A DNA stretch of 51,679 nt, the filler included, from Jimgerdemannia flammicorona (taxonomy: Eukaryota): the NCBI GenBank assembly GCA_003990765.1. It is 2 parts of 2 records of this genome, joined end to end, with 100 filler letters (N's around TTAATTAATTAA, not from the genome) between each part and the next. Parts side by side here need not be neighbours in the genome. Positions count along the whole stretch, not along the records: positions 1 to 25,790 come from RBNJ01000794.1; positions 25,891 to 51,679 come from RBNJ01000795.1. One strand, 5' to 3'. The position numbers were made by a program, and so were the translations under genes. The notes below the pieces were generated by a model, which ran no database searches, had not been told where the DNA came from, and saw only the letters and a list, made by a program, of their open reading frames with translations. Shown here piece by piece: positions 22,478 through 34,750 of this stretch. Positions within the stretch are counted from its first letter, which is position 1, and each line of letters begins with the position of its first letter.

Positions 22478-25400
22478 ATGAACAGTACAACCAATGTTTT
22501 CTCCTTGAATGTGAATGGGTTAAGGGGCTCTGGGCAGCATAAGAACATTTTTACTTGGCTTAAGAGATTGGAGGCTGATCTCTTTTTACTACAGGATGTT
22601 TGGTGTGAGGATGAGGATGATCGGGTAGAGTGGACTAGGGAATGGGGTGGGGCTACTGCTTGGTTTGGAAAGGTAGCGATTTTGGTAAGGAAGGGCAGAG
22701 GAGACTTGGGGGGAATCAGGAGCTGGGGTGATCGCTTGGTCTGGGAAGACTGGTATCGGCCAGGGTGGGAATCGGTGAAGGTGGGCTCTTGCTACTGCCC
22801 TGCAGCTAGGGGTGAGCGAACTGCATGGATTAGGGGGCTGCTGGAGGAGGGTATTCTCTTGGAGGAAGGGGTTGATGTGCTCAGTGGGGATTTTAATATG
22901 GTTCAGGATCCGCGTCTGGACAGGACTGATGGAGGGAGGAGTGCCAGGGGTAGAAGTGGAGGTCTGGATGCATGGGAGGAGGTGGAGGCATTGAGCTCCT
23001 TGGGGGATATGGGCAGAACAAGGTGGGGTGATGCCAGGGTCTACACACATTGGGTGAATGGCTTGGGCACAAGAATTGACTGGATTCTGATGGTGGAGTG
23101 CTGGGGTTTGGATGTTTGGAAGGCATTGGAAGTGGAGTGGTGCCTATGGTCTGATTACTGGAGACTGGTGGGGCAGAGACAGTTTGGGGGGAGTGGAGAT
23201 GGACCCAGACATTAGTGCCTTAACTCCTCCCTGCTGGCTGAGAAGGGGTTGTGGGAACTGTGGGTGGAGGATATTTAGGCAAAAGTTTTTAACTGAGTGA
23301 GGGTTTGCCTGTGGCTGTCTGCTGGATGAGATTGAAAGAGGCTGCAAGGGTTTATTGGGGAGGGGCTGGTAGAGAGGCCGGCAGGCAGAGGAGGAGGCGC
23401 ACGAGGTGTGCTTCTAGCAGGCTGTGGAGACTACATATGGATTGGGCAGATTTGCTCACTATTGATGGGGTGGAGGACTGGAGGATAGAGAGGGCGAAAT
23501 TGGAGATAGTAGAACTACAACAGGTGTTGCAGGAAGAGGAGGAGACCCATTTGCAAGGCATGGCTGCTAGGTTAAGGTGGCAGGGGCTTGAGGAGGGTGA
23601 GCAGCCTATTAGGTACCTTTCACGACTTCTCAAAGCTAAGAGGGTGAGATATCGGTGGGATGAGGTCCTGAATGCTGATAGAGAAATGGTACATAGCACA
23701 CAACGAATCTTAGGGGTGTTGAAGGAGAGATGGCAGGGCTTGTGGAGTGAGGGAGAAGGGGGTGCTGATGAGGTGGAGATTGTGGATACACTAGAGGAGT
23801 GGGGGCTGCTGCAAGTAGCTGGACTGGGTGACTTGATCTTACTGATGCAGGGAGAGGAGATCCAGAGTATCCTGGCAGCTACTAAACTTAGGACAGCACC
23901 AGGGGAGGATGGATTGCCTTGGGACTTCTGGAAGAAGATGGTAAATGTCCCCGGAGTTTTGGGTGAGATGGCTGCTCTCTGTGACTATATCCTTCAGAGC
24001 AGTGAGTGGGTTGGTGAGCAGGATCTCAGACTGGTGGCCCTATTGTACAAAGACAAGGGGAGGAGGGAAGACTGGAAGAACTGGAGGCCAATCATGCTTC
24101 TGGACATAGACAGGAAGATGGTGACTAAGGTGATTGTCACAAGGCTGCAGAAAGTTGCCCAACAGGTGCTGGGGGAGGAGCAGTGGGGCTTTGTTGGGGG
24201 CAGACTTATAAGAGATGGGACTGCATGAGTTCATGGTGTCATTGAAGGGGCCTGGGCCTGTGGACTGGATGGAAGATTGGTCTTTTTGGACCAGGAGAAG
24301 GCCTACGACCATGTATGGTGGGTGTGGCTGGACAAGGTATTGGACTGAATTGAGGTTCCCCCAAGGTTTAGGGCCTCTATGTTGAGTCTGTTGGAAAGCA
24401 GTTGGGCAGCTCTGACATGTAATGGGCACCATGGGAGGGCATTTCCCTTGGGAAGAGAAGTTCCTCAGGGGGACCCCCTGTCCTCTATTCTCTATGCCCT
24501 TTCATTGGAGCTGTTGATGGATAGGATTCGCTGGAGGGTGGCAGGGCTCTCTATCTATGGTATAGTGTGGAAGATGGGGGCCTTTGCTGATGATATGGTG
24601 GTTGGACTTGGGTCTGTGGCAGATGTAGAGGTGCTTCAGGAGACTGTGGAATGGTATGAGGCTCACTCTGGGGCGAAGCTCAACTGGTATAAGTGTGAGA
24701 CAATGGTGTTAGGGAATGGGCTAGTGGGTGGGGATGTCATTGGAACAATTGTCCCTACTGGTGAGGTGGTGTGGTATCTGGGCATCTTCCTCTCAGTATA
24801 TGGTTCTGTCTTGCCATGAGTGTGATGAGAGAGCAGGGTGACTATTTGGGGGGAGGCCCTTCAAAGCTGGGGAGGCTGCCATATCTCTCTAGCAGAGTGG
24901 GTGTCGATCCTGAATGTATATTGGTTCCCCAAGCTGTAGTATGTGGCGTATCATCTCGACTTCCCAGCATGGATGGTGAAGAAGCTGATGAAGGTGGCTA
25001 GGGATTGGATTTGGGTGGGGAGGAGGTCTCAGGTCAGTTGGGATACTCTGGCAAGACCAGTAGTTAGGGGAGGTCTTAGCCTGGTGGATTTCCCTAAGAG
25101 GCTGTATTGCTTGCGAGCCTGGTGGTTGAAGAGAGCTGTGGAACTGCAGGGTGGAGGTTGGGTGCCTCTGCTGCAGAAGGTATGGGAGATGCAAACATCC
25201 CCTCAAGGGTCCTCTGGTGATCTGCTCTCTTTGGTGGGGCTGAATGGAATTAGGAGGCTGTGGTTCAAGGGCTTTTGGTAGGGTATGGCTGATGGGGCTC
25301 ACCGAATTGGCCTGCGCTGGCAAGGCAATGAGGGAGAGGTGGTGTGAGGGTCTAGCATGTGGCGTTGGGATAGGCTGCTCCTGGGGGGTGCTCCACTTGC

Positions 25401-25790
25401 TTCATTCGATATTGGGGAGGGAGTGGAGTGTCAGCAGGGACTGGGCCAGGATCTTTGGCTGAGTGGATGGTAGGTGGCAGAGATCGGCGAGGAGTGGGAC
25501 TGGGCCAGTATCTGGTCTTGGAGTGCAGAGGTTCAGAGATGGCTTCCTCCCAAGTTCTGGGTGGTATGGTGGAGAATGTTGTGGAGGAATGTCATGCTGA
25601 ACTTCCACACAGGGCATTTGGTAGATGGTGGACAATTCGACTGTGAGGAGTGTTATGATGTTGGGCGAGCTGGGGGTCATGTACAGATGCCAGAACATTG
25701 GCTGGGAGAGTGTGAGGTTTTGGGGGAATTTTGGGCTGAAATAGGGGATAGACTGGGTGTGGGGTGTAGGCTGGTGGGGGAGGGGGGCCG
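22478..25790 (+). pseudogene. LINE ORF2 remnant: APE endonuclease, RT, zinc-binding tail
   Basis: FSLNVNGLR, LLQD, SGDFN, TRIDWIL, WSD; APGEDGLP, KNWRPIMLL, LDQEKAYD, PQGDPLS, AFADD; CEEC...EHWLGEC. Confidence 0.95.
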
Positions 25791-25890
25791 NNNNNNNNNN
25801 NNNNNNNNNNNNNNNNNNNNNNNNNNNNNNNNNNTTAATTAATTAANNNNNNNNNNNNNNNNNNNNNNNNNNNNNNNNNNNNNNNNNNNN
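25791..25890. other. Artificial contig-joining linker / assembly gap
   Basis: N44-TTAATTAATTAA-N44; the core gives stops in all six frames. Confidence 0.95.
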
Positions 25891-26001
25891 AAAAATTCAT
25901 ATTTCAAAATATTTGAGCTCCTGGTTATACATATGTTGATTATTCAGATAGTAAGTAATTATAATACAGATTGTAACAATATATTGTATTATATTTCTTC
26001 T

Positions 26002-26038
<37 letters not shown>

Positions 26039-27323
26039 TTTAATGGACTCATGTCCTGCAGATTTTTATTGGAAGGGAACCTAAACTATATAGGCCAAAA
26101 CCCTCTCCCACCACCCACCAAGTACTGCTCCCCCATTAACCTAGGTTAGCTATTGTCCAGCAGCTCAACTATGTTAGACACAGTAGGGCCAATGTAGGCC
26201 TGCATCTCATTCTGCGTACTATACTCTCCCTACCATCAGGGGAAACCCAACTATACACCAATGACTGAAAGCACATGCCTGAGAACCCAACATATATACA
26301 AGGCCATACCTGAGCTGAATAGAATAGCCCCTGCCACTCCAAAGAGAATGACAGGCAAAGAAAAAACCCTCATCAAAGTACAACATGGTGGGTAGGACCT
26401 GGTTCTCCCAGTCAAGGTGAGTAAAGGACTTATATATGAGGCGGGAGGAAAACCCCCAATACTCCACTACTTAAGCCTGTGGGCCTCGATCATATTGCTG
26501 TATCAGCTCTCAGTTCCAGTTGAGTGTAGCTAAGATGTCTGAAATAGGTAGCCTCGGGTCCCCCGACCCCCTCTGATGACTGGGGCCCAACTCTGCTGAC
26601 TGCCAAAAGAAGCCGAGAGTGACACCTACCATCTAACCATGCCACACTAATCAAAAGGCCCCATCGAAGCAGCACCTGCCCCAGCCCTGATGACTACCCC
26701 CAGCCTGATACCCTACTGGTCCACCATTATTGCCCTTCCTCCTATCTGTAATAGCTATCTTCCCTCCCATCCCAACAACACTTGAAAAACAGTCACCTAT
26801 ACCAGAACCATGCTCACCAGGAAGCTCACCAAAGTCAGAGGGCCCCACCACAGGCACTGAGGACCTGCAGGTAACCTACACTGAGCACTCAATGCCCAAG
26901 GTCAGCTGACTCCCTATGTAGCCCAAGACACACTGAGACAACTCCTCATTGGTGGCGGCAAAAGGAAGAAGGTGCTGCATCAAAACAGATATACCCTAGA
27001 TACAGCTGAAGATATCAGAATCCACGAAAAAGTAGAGGAAGTACTGATCTAATACTGATAAAGGGGCAACTCATCACCATTGCCCTCCTCCCACCATGCC
27101 CCTGCAGGTACAGCAAACCAACCCAAGGTAGAGAGGTAATATGTAATAGGGGAAAGGTGACTTAGAAGGTTACCTACCAAATCTTGTAACTGGTAAGATA
27201 GCAGAGAAAAGAGCAAAGATGTATATTTCTTCCCTCTTTTGGTGTTTGTTCTCAAACAACAAAAGCTGAATTTCCTTGATGGTGCTACTGGAGTATTCAG
27301 AAAAAGAATCTCATATTAGTTTG

Positions 27324-27362
<39 letters not shown>

Positions 27363-27570
27363 ACAACAGTTAATGAAAAGCACTATCGAACAATTTTCAT
27401 CCACTTAATGGAAGTAAGAATTTAACTGTCAAGCAAAACTTTCTAAAATCCGTTGACCAACCAGAGACTCTAATAAGGTCAGGTTCAGATACCAAGTCTA
27501 ATAAATATGGATTGAGTAGCACTCTGTACTCCTTTTCATCCAAAAGAAATTTATAGTGATATGTTAGCAT
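25891..27570 (+). pseudogene. Decayed spliced gene fragment hosting the poly(A) retroposon in an intron
   Basis: ...APGYTYVDYSD then GTAAGT (25951); acceptor after the insertion (CAAAAG 27266); exon LNFLDGATGVFRKRISY*FG-polyA-TTVNEKHYRTIFIHLME; GTAAGA donor at 27413. Confidence 0.35.
26005..27221 (-). mobile_element. Non-autonomous poly(A)-tailed retroposon (SINE-like, ~1.2 kb), copy 1
   Basis: T-run 26005-26037 (poly(A) on minus), AATAAA ~25 nt upstream of the tail, 15-bp TSD TATATTTCTTC(T/C)CTC at 25990-26004 and 27222-27236, colinear with 42066-43256. Confidence 0.9.
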
Positions 27571-27696
27571 AATGTTAGAACTAGATAATATCTTGTGGAT
27601 AAAATAGTTATAACTCAGTTTAACATTCTATTTAATCTGACACTATGTAATATTTTGCTAACTTTAGGACTATCTATTATTTCATTGTTATGAATA

Positions 27697-30398
27697 CAGT
27701 TCAAACTTCTGCAAACATCACGAAAAAATAATTCAGTTCTAAGTATGTTCATCAGAGATCTACAAATTCTAGTGTATATTCATAATAGTATATCATAAAC
27801 TTGAACATATTTTACAGACAGGAACATATATATAGATTTGAATATTTGCTATGGATATGAACTTGTTTTATTAATGATAGATATGAACTCTTTAATGCAA
27901 GTATGAACTTATATTCTATAGATATAAATAGCTTGTAAACAATAAGCAAACACAAAGTTGAATTAAAAAAAGACTATTTTATTTCTTTTTTTATTTACAA
28001 ACACTCCTATGAACATTTTTCTTTGCAGATACTTCTCTTCTACAAATACTTCCTTCTTCTATAAATAGTTTCTTTTACTATATATCATGCTTTATATTAT
28101 ACTTATCTCTCTCTTGGATCAGATTATACTTGTTCAATAAAAGAAGAATATTGAGGATGTTTGATTGTCTCATTGTCTTCATCTGAGTTAATATCTTTGC
28201 ACTGTTTTTTCAATCTCAAGTAGTTCAATGTGGTCATGAATCTTATTGATCATCTTTAGTCATTTTATATATATTTTCTTATACTCTCTTTTGTTGAAAG
28301 GTCTTAGTAAAACATCAGACCAGATAATATAATCCAGCTATAATTGCATAAAGAAATATATATATGTTAAATAAGTATATACTGATAAATATAAATATAT
28401 AAACTTGAAAATATACTTACAAATATATAAATAATAGCAACTATATAATGGTTAATAAGTTCATCTTTTTGAAACATATTCATAAACTAAGGTTTCTGTT
28501 TAAAGAATATGAAATAGAGTAGTTACTTTATATAGTTACTATAGAATGACTTGCTGAGCTCACTCTTGTTATCTTTTAAATAAATTAAATTATTCTGGAC
28601 TTATAAATGTTATACTGCTTATTGGTAAGCATGAGTGAGATCTTTTGAAACTATAGATCTTGGCTTGTTTATATTGGAGAATATTTGATCAAACCTTTTA
28701 TCAAAGACTTTATGAATATAGGAATAACAGACTATAATTTGATAGTATAGCTATTTTTTTAATAAAAATGAAAATAATTAAGTTTGTTAACTACCAAATA
28801 AATATATGAATAGAATATATATAAAATGGTTACCATAGCATAAATTGACCAATTACTGTCTTTGGCCTTTAAGTCTATATCTTTAAAAATTTTAACAATA
28901 ATATTTGTTTTGGATTATTATGTATTACACTTTGGGAAAAGGTCTTTAAGAAAAAGATATTGAAGAAGTATATTTACTATAAGCTTCTAGATCACTTCAT
29001 TAATCTTATATTTCTAGCAGAGCTCACTAATACCTATGGATATGCTAAATTATGATATAAAAATTCAATTTATATAAACTATAATTTATGAACTTATTTT
29101 TAAAAAAAAAACTTACCTATTTATTTTTCTGTCTCACTTAACTATCTGTTCTCTATATCTGATCAAATTAGACTCTATATTGTTATTCTGAAGCACCTAA
29201 TTATCTGGAAGTATCTTATTATTTAGAAGTATCTTATTGTCTAGAAGTATCTCATTATATAGAAATATCTTATAATCCTGAATTATAAGCTTAAATCATT
29301 CATCATTCTCTCCATATCTGTCTTGTTCACTACTCTCATCTTGTTCACCAACTCTGTCTTATTCTTGTTTAATTTATTTGCCCTCATTCTGTTCACCTTA
29401 ATCTTACACTGTCTTTTACTATTTGACTGCCCTCTTATTGAAGTTAAAAGTCATAAACTTACTGATATTGACCTCATCTGGATACAATGTGGTCTGCTTC
29501 TTGGTTTTATATATATATATATCTTCATAGTTAATATAATCTATCCATAGTCTGCTCCTTAGTTTTACATATCTTTATAGTCTGCTTTTTGGTTTTTTGT
29601 ACCTTTGTGATCTGATATGGTCTGTCTATAGTCTGCTGCTCCTTGGTTTCACAGAACTGATATGATTTGTTCATAGCTTAGTATATATTATTCATATTTT
29701 AGTACTTATTGGTTATACTGGAGTGTATTTTATTTATCTTAGAATGCAATCTGTTATCTTTAGATATAAAAATATTATGGTAGAGAGGGAGTAAGAAAAG
29801 ATATAATTCTTTTAGATAAAAATATCTTTTTATACTTATAATATTTATAATAGAAATATATAAATATATAAATATCATAAAAAAGTCTAATAAGTGAATA
29901 TAAAGCTTACTTACTTATATTTAGTTAATATGATAATATATAAGTATATGTATATTAAGTAAGTATAAGTATATTAAGTAAGTATAAGTATATTAAGCAA
30001 GCACAAGTACATTAAGCAAGCATAAGCATATTATATAAGTACAAAAGTACAAAGTCAATTGGATAAAAAATTAAATTTTAGACCAGTGTGTTTCATGATT
30101 ATGAACTTATTAATAAACTTACTGTTAAAATTTATAAACTCAAAATATTATACTCAAATCCTTCTCTACTTTTCAAATCTAATACAAATATAAAGTTTTC
30201 TTACTTATACTATAATCTAAATTACAAATCTGTCTTGAGATTGACTTGATATATCTGCAAGATATGCAATGTACTTACATGATATTAGAGTGATAAGTTT
30301 ATCCTTGAATTTTCAGTTTGTTAAGATTTTAGTAACTTTAATATTATACTACTATTGTTTATAAATCCATCTATAGTTCATGAGTTAACCTTGAATTA
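27697..30398 (-). mobile_element. Possible TA-flanked DNA element carrying a decayed multi-exon non-transposase gene
   Basis: TA|CAGTTCAA ... TTGAATTA|TA (inverted allowing transitions); TGAAC/GTTCA motifs near both ends; minus-strand GTAAG donors at ~28419, 28833, 29115; exon-like frames with EQD and NEILPD repeats. Confidence 0.4.
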
Positions 30399-30543
30399 TA
30401 CACATATTTCAAGTTTGAGCAATCCATATAAATGAACTTAGAAGATTTTAGATAATTATACTAAGTATATATATATAATTTAAGATAATATTAGTAGTAA
30501 TGACTTATCTTTATCTAACTTATCTGAGTTTTATACTAACAGC

Positions 30544-30700
30544 TTAATTCAAGAACAAAAAAGCCCATCATTCAGCAAAAATAATAATTTAATTTAAGAA
30601 CCAGAAAGTCTATCATTTAGCAAAAATGATAATTTAATTTAAGAGAAAAGATAATCATTTAGAGAGAATAATAATTTAATTCAAGATCAGAGAAGCCCAT
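30544..30700 (+). repeat. 45-bp coding-type tandem repeat (~3.5 units, LIQEQ.SPSFS.N.N) in a decayed ORF
   Basis: TTAATT(C/T)AAGA...TCATT(C/T)AG...AAT.ATAAT units. Confidence 0.7.
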
Positions 30701-30924
30701 CTACTATATTGGAGTTCAGTAAGGATTATATTATCTATAAACCAACTAATAGTCAGATTATCAATAGTAAGAAAATATTTATATAGTATAATGAATTTAT
30801 TTCTAAACTTAGATAGGTATATATAACTAATGCAAATAATGAAGCCCATTCAGACCACCAGCTGCTATTATAACCCCTCTGCTGAACCTCCATTCTTACA
30901 ATTTAGCCTACTCTCTCTAATACA

Positions 30925-33900
30925 GAGGGTGACTTGGAAGCTGAACAGCTCTTAGATCTGGCTGGGGATGAGATGAACATAGAATACTAGGCTGAGGTCT
31001 CTATTGCAACATTCTTTCAATATGAACAGTACAACTAGGATATTCTCTTTGAACGCAAATAGGTTACAGAGGGCAGCAAGGAGGAAGTATATATTTGGAT
31101 AGCTTAAGGAACTGGATGCGGACCTCTTCTTGTTACAGGATGTTCATTATGAGGCAGATGTAGATGTATAGGATTGGACTAAGGAATGGGGGGGGGGGCA
31201 GTGGTATGAATGGAGAAAGTGGGTATTCTCATTAGGAAAGAGATGGGGGACATTGGGGACATTGGACATTGGGGGTTTTGGGTAGTGTGGGGAGTATGGA
31301 AGAGGCCTAGATGGGGCTCGTTGAAAGTTGGGTCTTATTACTGCCCAGCTGAGAGAGGGGAGAGGGTGGATTGGATTCGCAGGTTGAAAGAGGCTGGTGT
31401 CTTGGGAGAGGTTGAGTTGGACTGTATGGGGGGTGATTTCAACATGGTATGGGATAAGGAGATGGATAGAACAGATGGCGGGAGAGGCATGTAGAGTGAA
31501 AGTGGTGGGTTGGGTGACTGGTTGGAGACAGAGAGGTTGAGTTCTTTGGTAGACTCGGGGAGACAGTTTTGGGACAATCAGTGGGTGTACACCCACTGGA
31601 CAGCAGGGCTGGGCTCCAGGATTGACTGGGTTTTGACAGTGGAGTGTTGGGGAGCTGATGTCTGGATGGTGCTGGAGGTAGTTTGGTGTCCATGGTCTGA
31701 TCACTGGGGGCTGCTTGGAGGGGAGAGGTTTGGGGGAAGTGAGGATGGACCTGGACATTGGTGGCTAAATTCTTCCTTATTGGAGGATAGGGCTTTGTGA
31801 GAGAGTTGGGAAACAGAGGTTGTTGGGAATATTGGAAGATGGTGGAAATGGGGCCTGGGAATTGGGGACTACTGGAGGAGACTGAAGGTGAATGCTCAGG
31901 GATATTGGAGGGAAGCAGGGAAAGGAAGGTGTACCCAGTGATGGCAGAGGGTGCTGTGGGCCTCACAGCATCTGGCATCACTCATGGAGGGATGGGCAGG
32001 TGTGCTAGAAGATGGGGAGGTGACTGATTGGCATATTGTGAGAATCTGAAAGGAAGTGGAGGAGCTTAAAGGAGTGTTACAAAGAGAGGAGGAGGTGAGG
32101 CTGCAGGGGATGGTGGCCTGACTGAGGTGGCAGGGGCTTGAGGAGAGAGAGAGGCCTACTAGGTTTTTGATGTAGTTATTGTAAGCATGATGAATGAAGC
32201 AGTGGTGGGAGGGAGTTCTGGATATGAATGGCAAGCTGATGGTGAGGACTCCAGTGATTCTGGGATTACTGAGAACCTATTGAGAGAATCTATAGAGTGA
32301 GGAGGAAGGAGGAGTGGATGCTTTGGACATTGAAAGGCAGCTGGGGGATTGGCATCTGAACTCTGTGATGGGCCTAGGGGCTTTGGGGGACCCAGTGAAT
32401 GGAGAGGAAATTTGCAAGGTTGTGGCCTTGACAAGTAAGGGGATAGCTCCAGGGGAGGATGGACTTCTCTGGGATTTTTGGAAGAAGATGGCTGGAGTGG
32501 GCAAGGTGCTAAAGGAAATGACTGCAATGTGTAATGAGGTTCTTCAGTCTGGTACTTGGATTGGGGACCAGCACCTAGGGCTAGTCTCCTTGCTCTACAA
32601 GAATAAGGGGAGGTGGGAAGATTAGAAGAACTGGCAGCCAATCCTGCTACTTGACATGGACTGCAAACTGGTGATGAAGATCTTGGTGAGGAGGCTGCAA
32701 GGAATCACTCAGCAGGTACTTAGTGTGGAGCAGCATGGGTTTGTTGGTGATTGGTTGATTCACGATGAGACAGCTTGGGTATATGGAGTGATTGAAGGTG
32801 CCCAGGCTGTAGGGGTGGATGGCCAGTTGGTATTTCTGGATCAAGAGAAGGCCTATGATAGAGTGCAGAGGATCTGGCTAGAGGGAGTACTGAAATGGAT
32901 TGGTATCCCCCCAGGGTTCCAAGGATCATTGATCGGCCTCTTGGAGGACAGTCAGGCAGTATTGGTCATTAATGGCCACAGGGGGGTGACTTTTTCTCTA
33001 GGGCATGGAGTGCTGCAAGGGGACCCCTTGTCACCCATATTGTATGCCCTCTCTTTGGAGCCCCTACTGGACAGGATTTGGTATCAGATTGGGAGTTTGG
33101 TCATTTTAGAGATTAATTGGAAGGTGGGGGCCTTTGCTGATGATATGGTGGTCGGGCTGGGCTCCTTGATAGATGTGGGGGAGTTACAGAGGTCTGTGAA
33201 ATGGTATGAGAGGGGTTCTGGTGCTAAACTAAACTGGTACAAATGCAAGACTCTGGTGCTGAGTGCTAGAATTATTGGTGGTGATGTCATTGGGACAGTG
33301 GTGCCAGCTGGCAAACCAGTGCATTATTTGGGGATCTACTTCTCAGTGTTCAGATCTCTTCTTCCCCGGGCTTGGTGGAACCAATAACTTCTGGAGTGGA
33401 GAAATGTTCTGCTATGATGGGGAGGTCAGCATATGCCCCTAGCCAGAAGGGTGATAGTGCTGAATGTGTATTGGATGCCAAAGCTATGGTATGTAGGGTA
33501 TCATTTGGATTTCCCAACTTGGGTGGTCAGGGGGCTGTTGAAGATGGCAAGGTCATGGATCTGGGGAGGGCAGCAAAGCCAGGTGGGTTGGGAGGTGCTC
33601 ACAATGCCCATGGAAAGAGGTGGGCTGGGTTTAGTTGACTTTACTAAGCAGCTTCACTGCTTGAGAGCTTGGTAGTTGAGGAGGGCAAGTGAGCTAAGGG
33701 GTCAGGAGTGGGTGCCACTCATGCATAGAGTGTGGGAGGTTTGGTATTCCCCTCATGGTGACTCTGGTGACCTGCTTGCAATGGTGGCCATGGATGGGAG
33801 CAAAAGGATGCAGTTTATGGGCTTCTGGTGGGGGGGTGGTGGATGGCGCTAAGAAAATTGGACTTCGGTGGCAAGGTGATGAAGCTGAGGAGGATTGGGG

Positions 33901-34750
33901 ACTACAGATGTAGCAGTGAGACAGGCTTTTACTGGGTGGTGTTCTGGTGGAGGATTTTCAGCTTGGCAAGGGTTTGGAGTGTCTGCAGGGCTTGGGTAGA
34001 GACCTGTGGCCTGAAGCCTGACAAAGGGTTGGAATTGGTGAGGAGTGGGATTGGAATGGACTCTGGTTTTGGAGCAAACAGGTGAGGCAGTGGCTGCCCC
34101 CCAAGTTCAGGGTGGTGTGGTGGTGAGTCTTATGGTGGAATGTGATGTTGAACTATCAGTCTGGATACTTGGTAGATAGTGGAGTGTTCGAGTGCAAGAA
34201 ATGTTTCAATGTTGGTCAGAAGGGAGGAGTGGTACAAAAACCTGAACATTGGCTTGGTGAGTGTGAGGTTTTGGAGGAGTTTTGGAGATGTATCATAGAC
34301 CAGTTAGGGCTGTGTGCCTTGGAGGGAGGGGAAGGGGGGAGATGGGGAGAGCTCTGCCAGAGACTGCTGGGTGGGGTTGGGGATGAATGGCTGACCTTCG
34401 GTTGGGCTCTGGCCATATGGATTGAATTGGCTGAGCATTGGGTTCATGTATTTGAGGAGGGACAGTGGGTTGGAGTTGGGGATAAGGTGGCATATTGGAA
34501 ATGGTTATTATTGGACATTTTGAATAGCTGGTGGTGAGGGTGGGGGCTGGGTGAGGGGAATCACAGGGGTTTGATATAGTGTATCTCCCAGAAGAGTAGT
34601 GGGAGGATTCGGATAGTGAGTGATTAGGTTGTACTAGGGCAGGGGGAGGTCAAGGGGGGAGGGTTGGGTCCATGGGGCATTGGTTGAGGGTTTGGGGTGA
34701 TATTGTATTGTTAGAATTATAGATGGTGGTAATATGTAAAGGGCAGTCTC
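30925..34750 (+). mobile_element. L1/Tx1-like LINE copy B, 5'-truncated at the end of ORF1, tail missing
   Basis: ORF2 from ATG 31022 (MNSTTRIFSLNANRL), GGDFN, SRIDW, WSDH, LDQEKAYD, LQGDPLSP, AFADD, CKKC...EHWLGEC. Confidence 0.95.

Larger units (their letters stand above)
20296..25790 (+). mobile_element. L1/Tx1-like LINE copy A (5' complete, 3' end lost in the gap), inserted into Gypsy gag
   Basis: 5' UTR homologous to the 5' ends of copies C and D; ORF1 remnant followed by ORF2 with APE, RT and C-terminal Cys motif. Confidence 0.95.

Noticed and set aside
20332..24432. Long Pro/Ser/His-rich antisense ORFs over the LINEs
   Set aside because: Shadow frames of the G-rich sense strand; not conserved as ORFs between copies
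25835..25846. TTAATTAATTAA palindrome (PacI-like) inside the N run
   Set aside because: Artificial six-frame-stop spacer used to join contigs; not biological, and adjacency across it cannot be assumed
26570..26700. CTGATGA motifs as a hammerhead ribozyme in the retroposon
   Set aside because: No correctly placed GAAA or closing stems; the second motif is not conserved in copy 2
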